Under the pieces are notes generated by a model. The model did no database searches. It worked only from the letters and a program-made list of their open reading frames with translations, and was not told where the DNA came from. From the NCBI GenBank assembly GCA_963747235.1, contig CAVVEU010000014.1, positions 228,989-292,988 on the forward strand: DNA of 64,000 nt. Reading direction: 5' to 3'. Shown one piece after another: positions 7,539 through 17,293 of this stretch. The position numbers and the translations under genes were made by a program. This DNA is from an uncultured Candidatus Rokubacteria bacterium. Its GTDB lineage: Bacteria; Methylomirabilota; Methylomirabilia; Rokubacteriales; CSP1-6. The first letter of the stretch is position 1, and each line of letters starts with the position of its first letter.

Positions 7539-9896
7539 ATGAGCGACCCGATCTCCGTCCAGAAATTCGCGATGGGCCAGTCCGTCTCGCGCCTCGAGGA
7601 CCCGCGCCTGGTCCAGGGGCTCGGCCGCTACTCCGACGACGTGAACCTCCCGCGCCAGGCCTACGCAGTGGTGGTGCGCTCGCTCCACGGGCACGCGCGG
7701 ATCCGCGGCATCGATCCGGCCGCCGCGCTCCGGGCGCCCGGCGTGGTCGCGGTGCTCACCGGCGCCGATCTGGCCGCCGACGGCCTCGGCAACCTGCCGA
7801 CCGACGGCTCGCGCAAGCGCCGCGACGGCGCGCCCGCCTTCCCCACCCCGCGGCCCGCGCTGATCCGGGAGCGCGTCCGCCACGTGGGCGACCCGATCGC
7901 GCTCGTGGTGGCTACGACCCCGGAAGGCGCGGCCGACGCCGCGGAGCTGGTCGCCGTCGACTACGAGCCCCTGCCCCCCGTCTCGGGCGCCACGCGCGCC
8001 ACGACCGGCGGCGCGCCCGCGGTCTGGGACGAGGCGCCCGACAACGTGGCCTTCGTCTGGGAGGCCGGCTCGCGCGACGCGGTGACGCGCGCCTTCGCGG
8101 GCGCCGCGCACGTCACGCGCCTCGATTTCGTCGTGACGCGCGTGGCCGCCGCGCCGATGGAGCCGCGCGCCGCGGTCGGCGAGTTCGATCGCCGTACCGG
8201 CCGCTACACGCTCCACACCGGCATCCAGGGCCCGCACGGGCTCCGCTCGATCCTCGCCGAGCAGATCTTCCGCGTGCCGCACGGGCAGGTCCGCGTGATC
8301 ACCAGCGAGGTCGGCGGCAGCTTCGGCATGCGCAGCGGCATCTACCCGGAGCTGGTGCTGGTCCTCTGGGCCGCGAAGCGCCTCGGGCGGCCGGTGAAGT
8401 GGACGTCGAGCCGCCGCGAGGCGTTTCTCAGCGACGAGCACGGCCGCGACAACGTGACCACGGCCGAGCTGGCGCTCGACGCAGGCGGTCGCTTTCTCGG
8501 CCTGCGCGTGGCGCTCAAGGTGGACATCGGCGCCTATCTCACGCCGCGCAGCGCGGGCCCCGCGACCAACAACGTGGGCGGCCTCGCCGGCGTCTACACC
8601 ACGCCCGCGATCCACATCGAGAGCACCGGCGTGTTCACCAACACCACGCCCACCGGCCCGTACCGTGGCGCCGGGCGCCCCGAGGCGACCTACGCGATCG
8701 AGCGCGTCATCGACGTCGCCGCGCGCGAGCTCGGCATCGATCCCGTCGAGCTGCGCCGCCGCAACCTGATCCCGTCCTCCGCGATGCCGTTCAAGACCGG
8801 CCTCGTCTTCACCTACGACTGCGGCGACTTCGAGCGGAGCATGACGATGGCGCTGACCCAGTCCGATCGCGCGGGCTTCGAGCGGCGCCGGGCCGAGGCG
8901 CGCGCGCACGGCAAGCTCCTGGGCCTCGGCATCGCGAACCCGATCGAGGTGGCGGGCGGCCCCTACACCGCGGTCAATCCCGACACCGCGGAGGTGCGCG
9001 TCAACCCGGACGGCTCCGTCTCGCTCTTCGCGGGCTCGACGTCCATGGGCCAGGGCAACGAGACGGCCTTCACCCAGATCGTGAGCGATCGGCTCGGGCT
9101 GCCGCCGGACCGCATCCAGGTCTTCTCGGGCGACAGCGACGCGCTGGACGCGGGCCGGGGCAACGGCGGCTCGGGCGCCATCTCGGTCGGCGGCTCCGCG
9201 GTGCTGCGCGCCACCGAGAAGACGATCGAGCGCGGCCGCCGCATCGCCGCGCACCTGCTGGAAGCGGCGCCCGAGGACGTCACGCTGCGCGCCGGGCGCT
9301 TCGTCGTCGCCGGCACCGACCGCGACGTCGCGTGGAGCCGCGTGGCCCGCACCGCGTATCAGCCGCGCGCGCTGCCGGCCGGGCTCGAGCCCGGCTGGAG
9401 CGACACCGCCGCGTTCACGCCGCCCGCGGTCACCTTCCCCAACGGCTGCCACGTCTGCGAGGTCGAGGTGGACCCGGAGACCGGCATGGTGCGCGTGCTC
9501 CGCTACACCGTGGTGGACGACGTGGGCCGCATGATCAACCCGCTGCTGGTGAAGGGGCAGATCCACGGCGGCGCGGTCCAGGGCCTGGGCCAGGGCCTGG
9601 CCGAGGTGCTGACCTACGACGAGGCCGGCCAGGTACTCTCCGGCTCCTTCATGGACTACGTGATGCCGCGGGCCGACGAGGTGCCGCTGTTCGACGTGGA
9701 CGCCCACGAGGTCCCGACCCGGGTGAACCCCCTGGGCGCCAAGGGCGTGGGCGAGGCCGGCACGGTGGGGGCCCTGCCCGCGCTGATGAACGCGGTCAAC
9801 GACGCCCTGGCCCACCTCGGGGTCCGGCACCTCGACATGCCCGTGAGCCCCGAGCGTGTCTGGCAGGCCATCCGCGCCGCCGGTGACGCCAGGTAG
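7539..9896 (+). CDS. Xanthine dehydrogenase family molybdopterin-binding subunit (CoxL form II-like)
   Basis: RLEDPRLVQG, VGGSFG, PYRGAGRPEA, MGQGNET, GQIHGG, GAKGVGEAG. Confidence 0.92.
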   Translation: MSDPISVQKFAMGQSVSRLEDPRLVQGLGRYSDDVNLPRQAYAVVVRSLHGHARIRGIDPAAALRAPGVVAVLTGADLAADGLGNLPTDGSRKRRDGAPAFPTPRPALIRERVRHVGDPIALVVATTPEGAADAAELVAVDYEPLPPVSGATRATTGGAPAVWDEAPDNVAFVWEAGSRDAVTRAFAGAAHVTRLDFVVTRVAAAPMEPRAAVGEFDRRTGRYTLHTGIQGPHGLRSILAEQIFRVPHGQVRVITSEVGGSFGMRSGIYPELVLVLWAAKRLGRPVKWTSSRREAFLSDEHGRDNVTTAELALDAGGRFLGLRVALKVDIGAYLTPRSAGPATNNVGGLAGVYTTPAIHIESTGVFTNTTPTGPYRGAGRPEATYAIERVIDVAARELGIDPVELRRRNLIPSSAMPFKTGLVFTYDCGDFERSMTMALTQSDRAGFERRRAEARAHGKLLGLGIANPIEVAGGPYTAVNPDTAEVRVNPDGSVSLFAGSTSMGQGNETAFTQIVSDRLGLPPDRIQVFSGDSDALDAGRGNGGSGAISVGGSAVLRATEKTIERGRRIAAHLLEAAPEDVTLRAGRFVVAGTDRDVAWSRVARTAYQPRALPAGLEPGWSDTAAFTPPAVTFPNGCHVCEVEVDPETGMVRVLRYTVVDDVGRMINPLLVKGQIHGGAVQGLGQGLAEVLTYDEAGQVLSGSFMDYVMPRADEVPLFDVDAHEVPTRVNPLGAKGVGEAGTVGALPALMNAVNDALAHLGVRHLDMPVSPERVWQAIRAAGDAR

Positions 9897-9979
9897 TTCC
9901 TACAGACCAGAAGCGTCAGGCGCAAAACAACCCCCACCGCGGCGAAGCGCAAGTCTGCATGGCTACATCATTTTCTGCG

Positions 9980-9995
9980 TGGCACCGGCGATGCA
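9980..9995 (+). promoter_or_regulatory. Putative sigma54 promoter
   Basis: TGGCACCGGCGATGCA just upstream of the response regulator. Confidence 0.6.
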
Positions 9996-10008
9996 CTATA
10001 GCGGGTGC

Positions 10009-10404
10009 GTGGGACTCCTGGTCACCGCGCAGATCACCACCGGACGCATCCTCGTCGTCGATGACGACCAGAGGGCACGAGACTTCATGGTCTCGAGCCT
10101 GCGCGCCGACGGCCACGAGGTGGACGCCAGCGGCAACGGCTTCGAGGCCCTCCGCCTGCTCGGCCGGAAGTGCTACGACCTGATCGTGTCCGACCTGATG
10201 ATGCCCGAGGTCGACGGCCCGAGCCTCTACTCGGCGGTCACGAGCCGCTGGCCGAGCAACCCGCCGCACTTCGTGTTCGTCTCCGGGCTCGCCAACAACG
10301 CCGCCTTCGAAGGCTTCCTGAAGGTGATCCACGCGCCCTTGCTGCCCAAGCCGTTCAAGGTCGCCGCCCTCCGCCGCGCCATCAAACGCATCCTCCAGCC
10401 CTAA
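10009..10404 (+). CDS. Single-domain response regulator (receiver)
   Basis: ILVVDDD, DLIVSDLMMPEVDG, VSG, KPF; exact start uncertain. Confidence 0.88.
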   Translation: MGLLVTAQITTGRILVVDDDQRARDFMVSSLRADGHEVDASGNGFEALRLLGRKCYDLIVSDLMMPEVDGPSLYSAVTSRWPSNPPHFVFVSGLANNAAFEGFLKVIHAPLLPKPFKVAALRRAIKRILQP

Positions 10405-10439
10405 CCCTCTCCCCATTGGGGAGAGGGCAGGGTGAGGGG
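10405..10439 (+). repeat. BoxC-like repeat directly after a stop codon
   Basis: CCCTCTCCCC-att-GGGGAGAGGG-CA-GGGTGAGGGG. Confidence 0.9.
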
Positions 10440-10519
10440 CCGCTCGGTAACCCGCACCCAGCACTCTCGCATCCCGGGGCCGGCCACCAAATAGCCCGCG
10501 AGACGCGGGCGTCGCGCAG

Positions 10520-10996
10520 CTAGGCGGCCAGCCGCCACTGCGCGAGCGACGCCCGCGCCTCTCCCCCGCTCTTGTCCGGCACGATCGCCAGCTCCAGCAC
10601 CGTCACGCCCGCCAGCTCCACGCGGTAGTCCTCCGCCTCGCGAATCGTGTCCGGCGGCCCGAAGTTCCACTGCTGGCGGAGGATCTCGCGGAACGACCGC
10701 CCGCCGTCCGGCGACCAGCGCAGCACGAACTCCTGCGTGCGCGTCGTGTCCGGCTCGATGAAGAGCAGCCACATGCGGCTCAGGCGCTGCGGCCGGTCGA
10801 AGATGAGCCGGATCGTCTGCTCGCCGGGCCGCGCGGCGCGCCACCCGGACTCCTCGCCGGGCACCAGCGCGGATTCGACTGGATATGCGATGTCCTCGGA
10901 CGTCACCTCGACCTGGGCGATCTGCTCCAGGTCGAGCCACTCGGGTTCGGGGACCTCGGTGCTCTGCGGGACCGGGCTCGTTACACGCTTGCGCAT
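10520..10996 (-). CDS. Conserved hypothetical protein, galactose-binding/discoidin-like
   Basis: WLDLEQIAQVEVTSED, GWRAARPGEQTIRLIFD, QQWNF; GGAGG RBS. Confidence 0.65.
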   Translation of the reverse strand: MRKRVTSPVPQSTEVPEPEWLDLEQIAQVEVTSEDIAYPVESALVPGEESGWRAARPGEQTIRLIFDRPQRLSRMWLLFIEPDTTRTQEFVLRWSPDGGRSFREILRQQWNFGPPDTIREAEDYRVELAGVTVLELAIVPDKSGGEARASLAQWRLAA

Positions 10997-11143
10997 GATT
11001 CGCCTCCTCTCTCGATCAGTCGCTGCTCACCCAGTGTCCCGCCGCTTTCGGCCTCGCGCTACTTGTAGAAATTACACGACGTTCTTACCGGCCGAGCGCA
11101 CGCCGCGCTCCATATCGTCGCGTCAATGCGCACTTGTTGGCCC

Positions 11144-11159
11144 CGGCACGGGCGTTGCC
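11144..11159 (+). promoter_or_regulatory. Putative sigma54 promoter
   Basis: CGGCACGGGCGTTGCC, 25 bp before an RBS-bearing ATG at 11185. Confidence 0.65.
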
Positions 11160-11184
11160 TCCACAACTTGAGAGGAGGCACACC

Positions 11185-11376
11185 ATGGAGGGCTTCATCG
11201 AAGGACCGTGCCCCCGCTGTGGCCGGCCGCTCAAGGCGATTCATACCGTCAGCCAGCACGGGCGCCCAAGCGTCGCGCTGCTCGAGTGCGCGCGCTGTCG
11301 TTACACGTGCCAGGCGGTGGTCCCCGGTCTGTGGCCGGACGAGGCCTTTCCACGAACCCGATCTCCAACGAGGTGA
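11185..11376 (+). CDS. Small zinc-ribbon protein
   Basis: GAGGAGG RBS; CPRC...CARC. Confidence 0.6.
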   Translation: MEGFIEGPCPRCGRPLKAIHTVSQHGRPSVALLECARCRYTCQAVVPGLWPDEAFPRTRSPTR

Positions 11377-11379
11377 CCC

Positions 11380-11649
11380 ATGGTCGAGAGAAAGCAGTTT
11401 CCGGCGGGAGACTACAACATCGCGGTGGCCGCCGAGCGCATGAAGGACGGGAAGTGGTCGGCCGTCTCGACCATTCAGCAATCCACGGCCACCGGTGAGC
11501 GCAACATCGATCTCCCCATCAGCGACGCGCGGTTCGCCACCGAGGAAGAGGCCGAGAAGTTCGAGGTGAGCCGCGCGCACGAGTGGATCGAGAAGAACGC
11601 GCCGCGGCTCATCGCGCTGCTCGTGTTCCTCTACGCCTGGCCGGCATGA
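11380..11649 (+). CDS. Small hypothetical protein
   Basis: GAGGT RBS, protein-like composition, coupled to the upstream gene. Confidence 0.65.
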   Translation: MVERKQFPAGDYNIAVAAERMKDGKWSAVSTIQQSTATGERNIDLPISDARFATEEEAEKFEVSRAHEWIEKNAPRLIALLVFLYAWPA

Positions 11650-11765
11650 CGCGGTAGGAAAGACCTTCCGACTTCGGGACGGAATTTTCTACCGGCTCGC
11701 CGATCGCCCCGCCGACGGCTGCCGGGATTCCGCGCCCTTGTAGAGCGTTTGTAGGCTCGGGCGAG

Positions 11766-11781
11766 TGGCACAGGCATTGCC
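11766..11781 (+). promoter_or_regulatory. Sigma54 promoter, near-consensus
   Basis: TGGCACAGGCATTGCC = TGGCAC-N5-TTGC. Confidence 0.72.
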
Positions 11782-11817
11782 CCTTCAGGCACCCACGACG
11801 TAACAAGGAGAGCCAGC

Positions 11818-12078
11818 GTGCCTGAAATCCATCAAACTTCCGACCCGGCTGCCAAGCGACGCAGCACCCATGCCGCCACCCGGACGGCCGAGCTGCTGGC
11901 GGAGCTCGGCCCGAACAGTGATCTCATGTGGCTGATCGAGCGTGTGGCGCGAACGAATCTCCCCTGGGTCGTCATTCCCGGCGGCGCAATCACCGCGTGG
12001 GGCGAGCGAGATCCAGCCGGGTGGGAGAAGGTGTCGGACTGGCTGGCCAGTCGGGGTGTCGCCATCGTGCGGATCTGA
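11818..12078 (+). CDS. Small hypothetical protein
   Basis: AAGGAG RBS before GTG; downstream of the sigma54 promoter. Confidence 0.6.
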   Translation: MPEIHQTSDPAAKRRSTHAATRTAELLAELGPNSDLMWLIERVARTNLPWVVIPGGAITAWGERDPAGWEKVSDWLASRGVAIVRI

Positions 12079-12110
12079 GGGGCCCCGTCTCGGTCGCTGA
12101 AGGGATAGCG

Positions 12111-14030
12111 ATGGGTGTCCCGTTTCAGTCGTTTGCTGCGCTCGGTCTCACCCTGGCCACCGCGGGGCTCGCTCATGCGCAGGACGCCACGGTGCTCGAT
12201 CTCGTCCGGGCGGACCTGGCGGCGGGGGTGTATGCCCAGGCGCAGTCGCGTGCGGATATCGTCCTGCGCCGTCGTATCCCTTCGGACCTGCGGCCGACGG
12301 CTCTCGTCCTCTCGGGCGACGCCGCGTACGGGCTGGGCGCCTATCGCCTGGCCGCCGAGCGGTACGCCGAGGCCCTGCAGAGTGACGAGCTGCCACCGGA
12401 CGCGCCGCACGCCACTCTCGCGCTGGGCTGGGCCGAGCTGCGCCTGGGGCGTCGCGAGGACGCGCGCCGGACGTGGATGCGCGTCGCCCGGCAGTTCCCG
12501 GCGGCCCCGGAGGCGCCCATCGCGCTGATCCTGGCCGCGGAGCTCTCCGCCAGGACCGGCGAGACGGTGGTGGCGCGCAAGCTCCTCGATCGGGTGCTGG
12601 AGGGCCATCCGGCCACCCCGGCCGCGGAGATCGCGCGCCTGAGCCGCTCGATCATGGCCCTGCGTGACGGGCGCATGGCGGAAGGCGCGCGGGGCCTGCG
12701 CATCCTCGCCCGATCCGGCGGCCCATCGGTGCCGGCGGAGCGCCGGAAGCTCCTCGACGGGCTCATGGACCCGGGGACCCGGGCCGGGCCTGAGCGCCAG
12801 ATGCTCCTGACGGATCGCTATGCGGCAAGGCCCACCGGGCCGACCGCGACCAGCGCGGTCGCGACGCCACAGACGGTCGGGAAGCTCGAGCGATTCGCCG
12901 CCCCGTTCCTCGACGGCGCCGGCGACCCGGACACCGCGGCGCGTGTGCTCCACACCCTGCTCCTCCTGGCGGTCGAGGACAAGGCGTGGGCGGAGGTGGA
13001 AACGCTGGCCGCTCGCCTCATCGACCGATTCCCCAGCTACGCCCCGGCGCCCGAGCTGCTGATCCAGGTAGCGGGCCAGGCCGCCGCCGAGCAGCAGTGG
13101 CCCATCGTCCGGACAGGCTACGAGTACGCGATCGCGCGATCCGGACACGCGGCGCTGGACGCCCGGGCCCAGGTCGACTTCGCCGAGGCGCTGTTCCGGA
13201 CGGGCGACACGGCCCAGGCCCGCACGCAGCTCACACGCTTCATCGACACCACGCCCCGAGCGCCGGAATCACCCCGGGCGCTCTACCTCCTGGCCAAGGT
13301 GAGCGAGGCGGTCGATCACCCGAGCGAGGCTCTGGCCGCATACGAGCACCTGCGGCGCGACTTCCCGCGCACCGAGTGGGCCACGCAGAGCCTGCTGCCC
13401 CATGCTCGCCTGCTTCAGCAGGCCGACGGACGGCACAAGCAGGCCCGGGCCCTGCTCGAGGACATCGTGCAGCGCACTCAAGGCGAGGAGCTCACCGAGG
13501 CGTCCTTCCGGCTCGCCCAGGTCCTGGCCGCCGAAGGCGCGCATCCGCGCGCGGTGGACTGGTACATGGCCGCCGCGTACGGCACCGCCGACCGCTCACG
13601 CTGGTATCGGCCCGCCTTGCTGGGCGCCGGCCGCTCGCTGCTCGCGCTGAAGCGCACGCCGGCCGCGCTCGCGGTGTATCGCAATATCCTGCCGTCACCG
13701 CCGATCGGCCCCCTGCCCCGAGACGGCCGCCCCACCCCGGAGCTCCTCGCGCAGGTCGAGGAGCCGGAGCTGGTGGCCGAGGCCGCGTATCAGATCGCCG
13801 AGATCGCGCGGGCCGCCGGCCGCCACGAGGAGGCCGTCGACATGTACCTGACCGCCGCCTACCTGGCGCCCGAATCCCAGGGCCGCGCGCTCATGGGGGC
13901 GGTGCGATCGCTCGTCGCGGTCGGCGACCAGGCCGCGGCAGAGGCGGTCTTCCGACGGCTCGCGGAATCGAGCGGCGAGGAGCCCGAGATCCTCACCCAG
14001 CCGAGCAAGGTATTCGGGCCCGGGCGCTAG
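12111..14030 (+). CDS. Secreted TPR-repeat protein
   Basis: Signal peptide ...TAGLAHA/Q from ATG 12111; repeated helical TPR-like units (ALYLLAKV, ASFRLAQV, AAYQIAEI). Confidence 0.75.
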   Translation: MGVPFQSFAALGLTLATAGLAHAQDATVLDLVRADLAAGVYAQAQSRADIVLRRRIPSDLRPTALVLSGDAAYGLGAYRLAAERYAEALQSDELPPDAPHATLALGWAELRLGRREDARRTWMRVARQFPAAPEAPIALILAAELSARTGETVVARKLLDRVLEGHPATPAAEIARLSRSIMALRDGRMAEGARGLRILARSGGPSVPAERRKLLDGLMDPGTRAGPERQMLLTDRYAARPTGPTATSAVATPQTVGKLERFAAPFLDGAGDPDTAARVLHTLLLLAVEDKAWAEVETLAARLIDRFPSYAPAPELLIQVAGQAAAEQQWPIVRTGYEYAIARSGHAALDARAQVDFAEALFRTGDTAQARTQLTRFIDTTPRAPESPRALYLLAKVSEAVDHPSEALAAYEHLRRDFPRTEWATQSLLPHARLLQQADGRHKQARALLEDIVQRTQGEELTEASFRLAQVLAAEGAHPRAVDWYMAAAYGTADRSRWYRPALLGAGRSLLALKRTPAALAVYRNILPSPPIGPLPRDGRPTPELLAQVEEPELVAEAAYQIAEIARAAGRHEEAVDMYLTAAYLAPESQGRALMGAVRSLVAVGDQAAAEAVFRRLAESSGEEPEILTQPSKVFGPGR

Positions 14031-16390
14031 GCGCTGAAGCGTAGCTCCCGTATCCGGTCCGCCGTGTACCCCAGGAGCCCTCCGAGCACGGCCTCGTTGT
14101 CGGATCCCGGCTCCCGTGACCAGCCGGCCACCCGGCCCGGGGTGCGCGAGAGCGACGGCACGATCCCCTGCGTGACGATCTCGCCCATCTCCGGATGGGT
14201 GAGCCGCAGCAGATCGCCGCGGCTCCAGCAATGCGGCTCGCGGACGAGGTCGGCCACCGAGTTGACCGCGCTCGCGGCGAGCCCGGCTCCCCGCAGCGTG
14301 GACACCGCGTCGACCGCCGGCAGCGTGCCGACCAGCTTGGCCACGTCCTCCCGGATCCCGTCGCGATCCGGGGGCGGCCGCCGACCCAGGTGCGTAAGCG
14401 CGGCGCCGACATCCGACCAGGACGGGGCCGACGCCGCCACGAACCGGCCGTCGGCGGCCTCGACGGTGACGCTCGCCGGAAAGAGCGGCGAGTCGCCGCC
14501 GGCGCGCTCGCGACGGATGCCGAGCGCGCTGCGCACCGCCAGCAGGTCACCGGTCAGCCGCAGGGCGGCCTGGAACATGGCCGTGTCCACCAGCTGCCCC
14601 TGGCCGTCGAGATCGCGCCGGAGCAGCGCGGCCACCATGCCCAGCACGTTGAAGAGCGCGGTGGAGTAGTCGCCGGCCATCACCCCGTCGCGGAGCGGCG
14701 GCCGGTCCGGCCAGCCGTTGAGATAGGTGATGCCGCCGAAGGCCAGGCCGACCGGGTTGAAGGCGGCGCGCGCGGTGTACGGACCGGTCTGCCCGAAACC
14801 GGACGAGCGCAGGAGCACGAGCCGCGGGTTGACCGCCAGGAGCGTGGCCGGCGCCAGGTCCCAGCGCTCGAGCGTCCCGGGCCGGAAATTCTCCACGATC
14901 ACGTCGCTCACGCGCGCCAGAGCGAGGAACGCCTCGCGGCCGCCGGGCGAGCGCACGTCGAGCGTGATGCTGCGCTTGTTGCGGTTGGTGACCACGAAGC
15001 CCGGGCTCTTGCGGCCCTGGGCGTCCGCGGCCACGCTCGGCAGCTCGACCATGATCACGTCGGCGCCGAAGTCGCCGAGCAGGGCGGCCGCCGCCGGGCC
15101 CGCAAGCCACTGGGAGAGATCGAGCACCCGGATTCCGGCCAGCGGGCCCCACGCGGAGCCCGCCTCGGATGCCGCCGGTTCCGGCGCCTCGACGCGCGCC
15201 CGGGCTTCGATCCGCTCGAGGCCTGCCCGCACCGCCTCGGTGTGCTCGCCGAGCCTCGGGGCGCGCCGCGGGCTCGGGACCGGCGTCCGCGTGAGCACCG
15301 GCACCGGCGCGGGGGCGACGAAATCCCGGCCCGTCTCCGACGTGAGGTGCAGGAGGGCCTCGCGCGCCTTCACGTGCGCGTCCGCGATGATGTCGTCGGC
15401 GGAGCGCACCGCGGTGCCGGCCACGCCGACCTTCGCGAAGCGGGCCTCGACGTCGGCGTGGTCGTGCCGGGCGATCCAGGAGCCGACCAGCTCGTCGGAG
15501 GCCGGCCGGTTCAGGAGACGCGCGGCGGGCGTGGCAAAGCGCGGGTCCTTCGGCGCGTCGGGGGCCTCGATCGCCTCACAGAGGCGGGCGAAAGGCTGAT
15601 CGCCCGCGCCAGAGACCGCGATCCATCCGCCGTCCCGCGTCCGGTACACGTTCGCCGGAACGACGATGGGCGACTCGGTGCCGAGGCGCTCGGCCACCGC
15701 CCCGGTCCGATCGTGGCGGACGACGACCTCTTCCTGCATCCGCAGCGCGGTCTGGTAGAGGCCGATGTCCACGACCTGGCCGCGGCCGCTGCGCCGGGCG
15801 TGGAAGATCGCCATCAGCAGCCCGCTCGCGCCGTGGATGGCGGTCCAGCTCTCGGCCAGCGGCACCGTGACCGGCAGCGGCGCGCGGTCCGGGAACCCGG
15901 TCACGAACTGCACCCCGGAGAAGGCCTGGGCGATGCGATCGTCGCCGCGCTCGCCCGCCAGCGGCCCGGTCTGCCCGAAGGGCGAGATGCGGAGCGTGAC
16001 GAGGCGCGGGTTCCGGCGCTCGAGCTCCTCCGGCGACAGCCCGGCCGCCTCGAGACACCCCGGTCCGAGGTCCTCGATCAGCGCGTCGGCGGTGGCGAGC
16101 AGCCGCGCCAGCCACGGCTCGGTCGCAAGCTCCGCGAGCTCGGCCTGCACCGAGTGCTTGCCGCGGTTCTCCGACTGGAACGCGAGCGAATCCTCCCCGT
16201 CGAGGCCGGGCCCCCGCTGCCGCATCGGCGAGCCGCCGCGCGGCTCGATCTTGACGACGGTGGCCCCGAGATCGGCGAGGAGCCCGCCCGCGAGCTCGCC
16301 GGCCGGGGTCCCGGCCAGCTCCACGATCACGACGCCGGCGAGCGCGCCGCCGCGGCCGGGATCCGCAAGACCGAGCGCTTCGGTCATCAC
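14027..16390 (-). CDS. CaiB/BaiF class III CoA-transferase with two tandem domains
   Basis: Two halves: LADLGATVVKIEP...ENRGKHS...PFGQTGP and LGDFGADVIMVE...NRNKRSITLD...ENFRPG...GFGQTGP. Confidence 0.9.
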   Translation of the reverse strand: MMTEALGLADPGRGGALAGVVIVELAGTPAGELAGGLLADLGATVVKIEPRGGSPMRQRGPGLDGEDSLAFQSENRGKHSVQAELAELATEPWLARLLATADALIEDLGPGCLEAAGLSPEELERRNPRLVTLRISPFGQTGPLAGERGDDRIAQAFSGVQFVTGFPDRAPLPVTVPLAESWTAIHGASGLLMAIFHARRSGRGQVVDIGLYQTALRMQEEVVVRHDRTGAVAERLGTESPIVVPANVYRTRDGGWIAVSGAGDQPFARLCEAIEAPDAPKDPRFATPAARLLNRPASDELVGSWIARHDHADVEARFAKVGVAGTAVRSADDIIADAHVKAREALLHLTSETGRDFVAPAPVPVLTRTPVPSPRRAPRLGEHTEAVRAGLERIEARARVEAPEPAASEAGSAWGPLAGIRVLDLSQWLAGPAAAALLGDFGADVIMVELPSVAADAQGRKSPGFVVTNRNKRSITLDVRSPGGREAFLALARVSDVIVENFRPGTLERWDLAPATLLAVNPRLVLLRSSGFGQTGPYTARAAFNPVGLAFGGITYLNGWPDRPPLRDGVMAGDYSTALFNVLGMVAALLRRDLDGQGQLVDTAMFQAALRLTGDLLAVRSALGIRRERAGGDSPLFPASVTVEAADGRFVAASAPSWSDVGAALTHLGRRPPPDRDGIREDVAKLVGTLPAVDAVSTLRGAGLAASAVNSVADLVREPHCWSRGDLLRLTHPEMGEIVTQGIVPSLSRTPGRVAGWSREPGSDNEAVLGGLLGYTADRIRELRFSA

Positions 16391-16394
16391 CGCC

Positions 16395-17282
16395 TCAGCT
16401 CAGCCCGAAGACGCGGGCCGCGTTGCCGTAGAGCCACTTCTCCTTCACCGCGTCCTTCAGGGGGAGCCCGAGATACTCCTGGATCAGCGTCTCGTAGGGT
16501 TGCCCGACGAGCCCCGCCGACAGCCCGACCATCACCTTGTCCTGGATCAGGGTGTTGCCGAACTGGATCAGCATCTCCCACCCGGACCCGGGCTGGCCGA
16601 GGTACCGCGCGCGATGCGCGGAGGTGTCGACGTGCAGATTGGGATGCCGGCGTACCAGCGCGACCATCTCGTTCACCCAGGGCCAGCCGCCGAGCCCGCC
16701 GATGAGCTTGAGCTCGGGGAAGTCCATCGCCACCTGGTCGAGGTGGCGCGGGTGGCCGAGGTCGTAGGGGCGATCGTTCGCGTAGTTCATCGAGGAGTAG
16801 ATGCGCACCGGGATGCGCAGCTCGGCCGCCTTGGTGTAGAGCGGGTAGTAGCGGCGATCGCTGGCGGGAATGCAGTCCACCAGCGCGGAGACGCCGAGGG
16901 CGCTGAAGCCCTCGTCGCGCACGAGGCGCTCCAGCTCGCGCACCCCGCTCATGCCCTTGTGCTCGTTGATGCTGATGCGGGCCAGCCCGAGGAAGCGGCC
17001 GGGGAACCGCCGCAGGAGCTCCGCCGTCTCCGCGTTGGGCAGCCCGAACGGCACCGAGCGCACGATGCCGAGCGTGGCAACGTGCTTCATATAGGCGTCC
17101 AGATCGCCCTCAGGGCGATGATCGGCGCCCTCGCGACGGGAGCGGAAGATCCGCCCGTAGTTGGCCATGCCGTAGCCGGGCTGCTCCGCGGCGGAGGCCG
17201 CCGCCGGCTCCGGCTCGGCCGCCTTCACCGCCGTGTTCGCTCCGTACGGCACGCTGCACTCCATGTCGATGATCCGTGGCAT
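16395..17282 (-). CDS. Amidohydrolase_2 family protein
   Basis: YYPLYTKAAELRIPV, LDQVAMDFPELK, GGWPW, PNLHVDTSA, GNAARVF; true start MPRIID at 17282. Confidence 0.85.
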   Translation of the reverse strand: MPRIIDMECSVPYGANTAVKAAEPEPAAASAAEQPGYGMANYGRIFRSRREGADHRPEGDLDAYMKHVATLGIVRSVPFGLPNAETAELLRRFPGRFLGLARISINEHKGMSGVRELERLVRDEGFSALGVSALVDCIPASDRRYYPLYTKAAELRIPVRIYSSMNYANDRPYDLGHPRHLDQVAMDFPELKLIGGLGGWPWVNEMVALVRRHPNLHVDTSAHRARYLGQPGSGWEMLIQFGNTLIQDKVMVGLSAGLVGQPYETLIQEYLGLPLKDAVKEKWLYGNAARVFGLS

Positions 17283-17293
17283 TCGGTCGCTCC

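Noticed and set aside
7539-9896. Aerobic CO dehydrogenase (form I coxL)
   Set aside because: The active-site loop is PYRGAGR, not AYxCSFR, and no coxM/coxS are adjacent.
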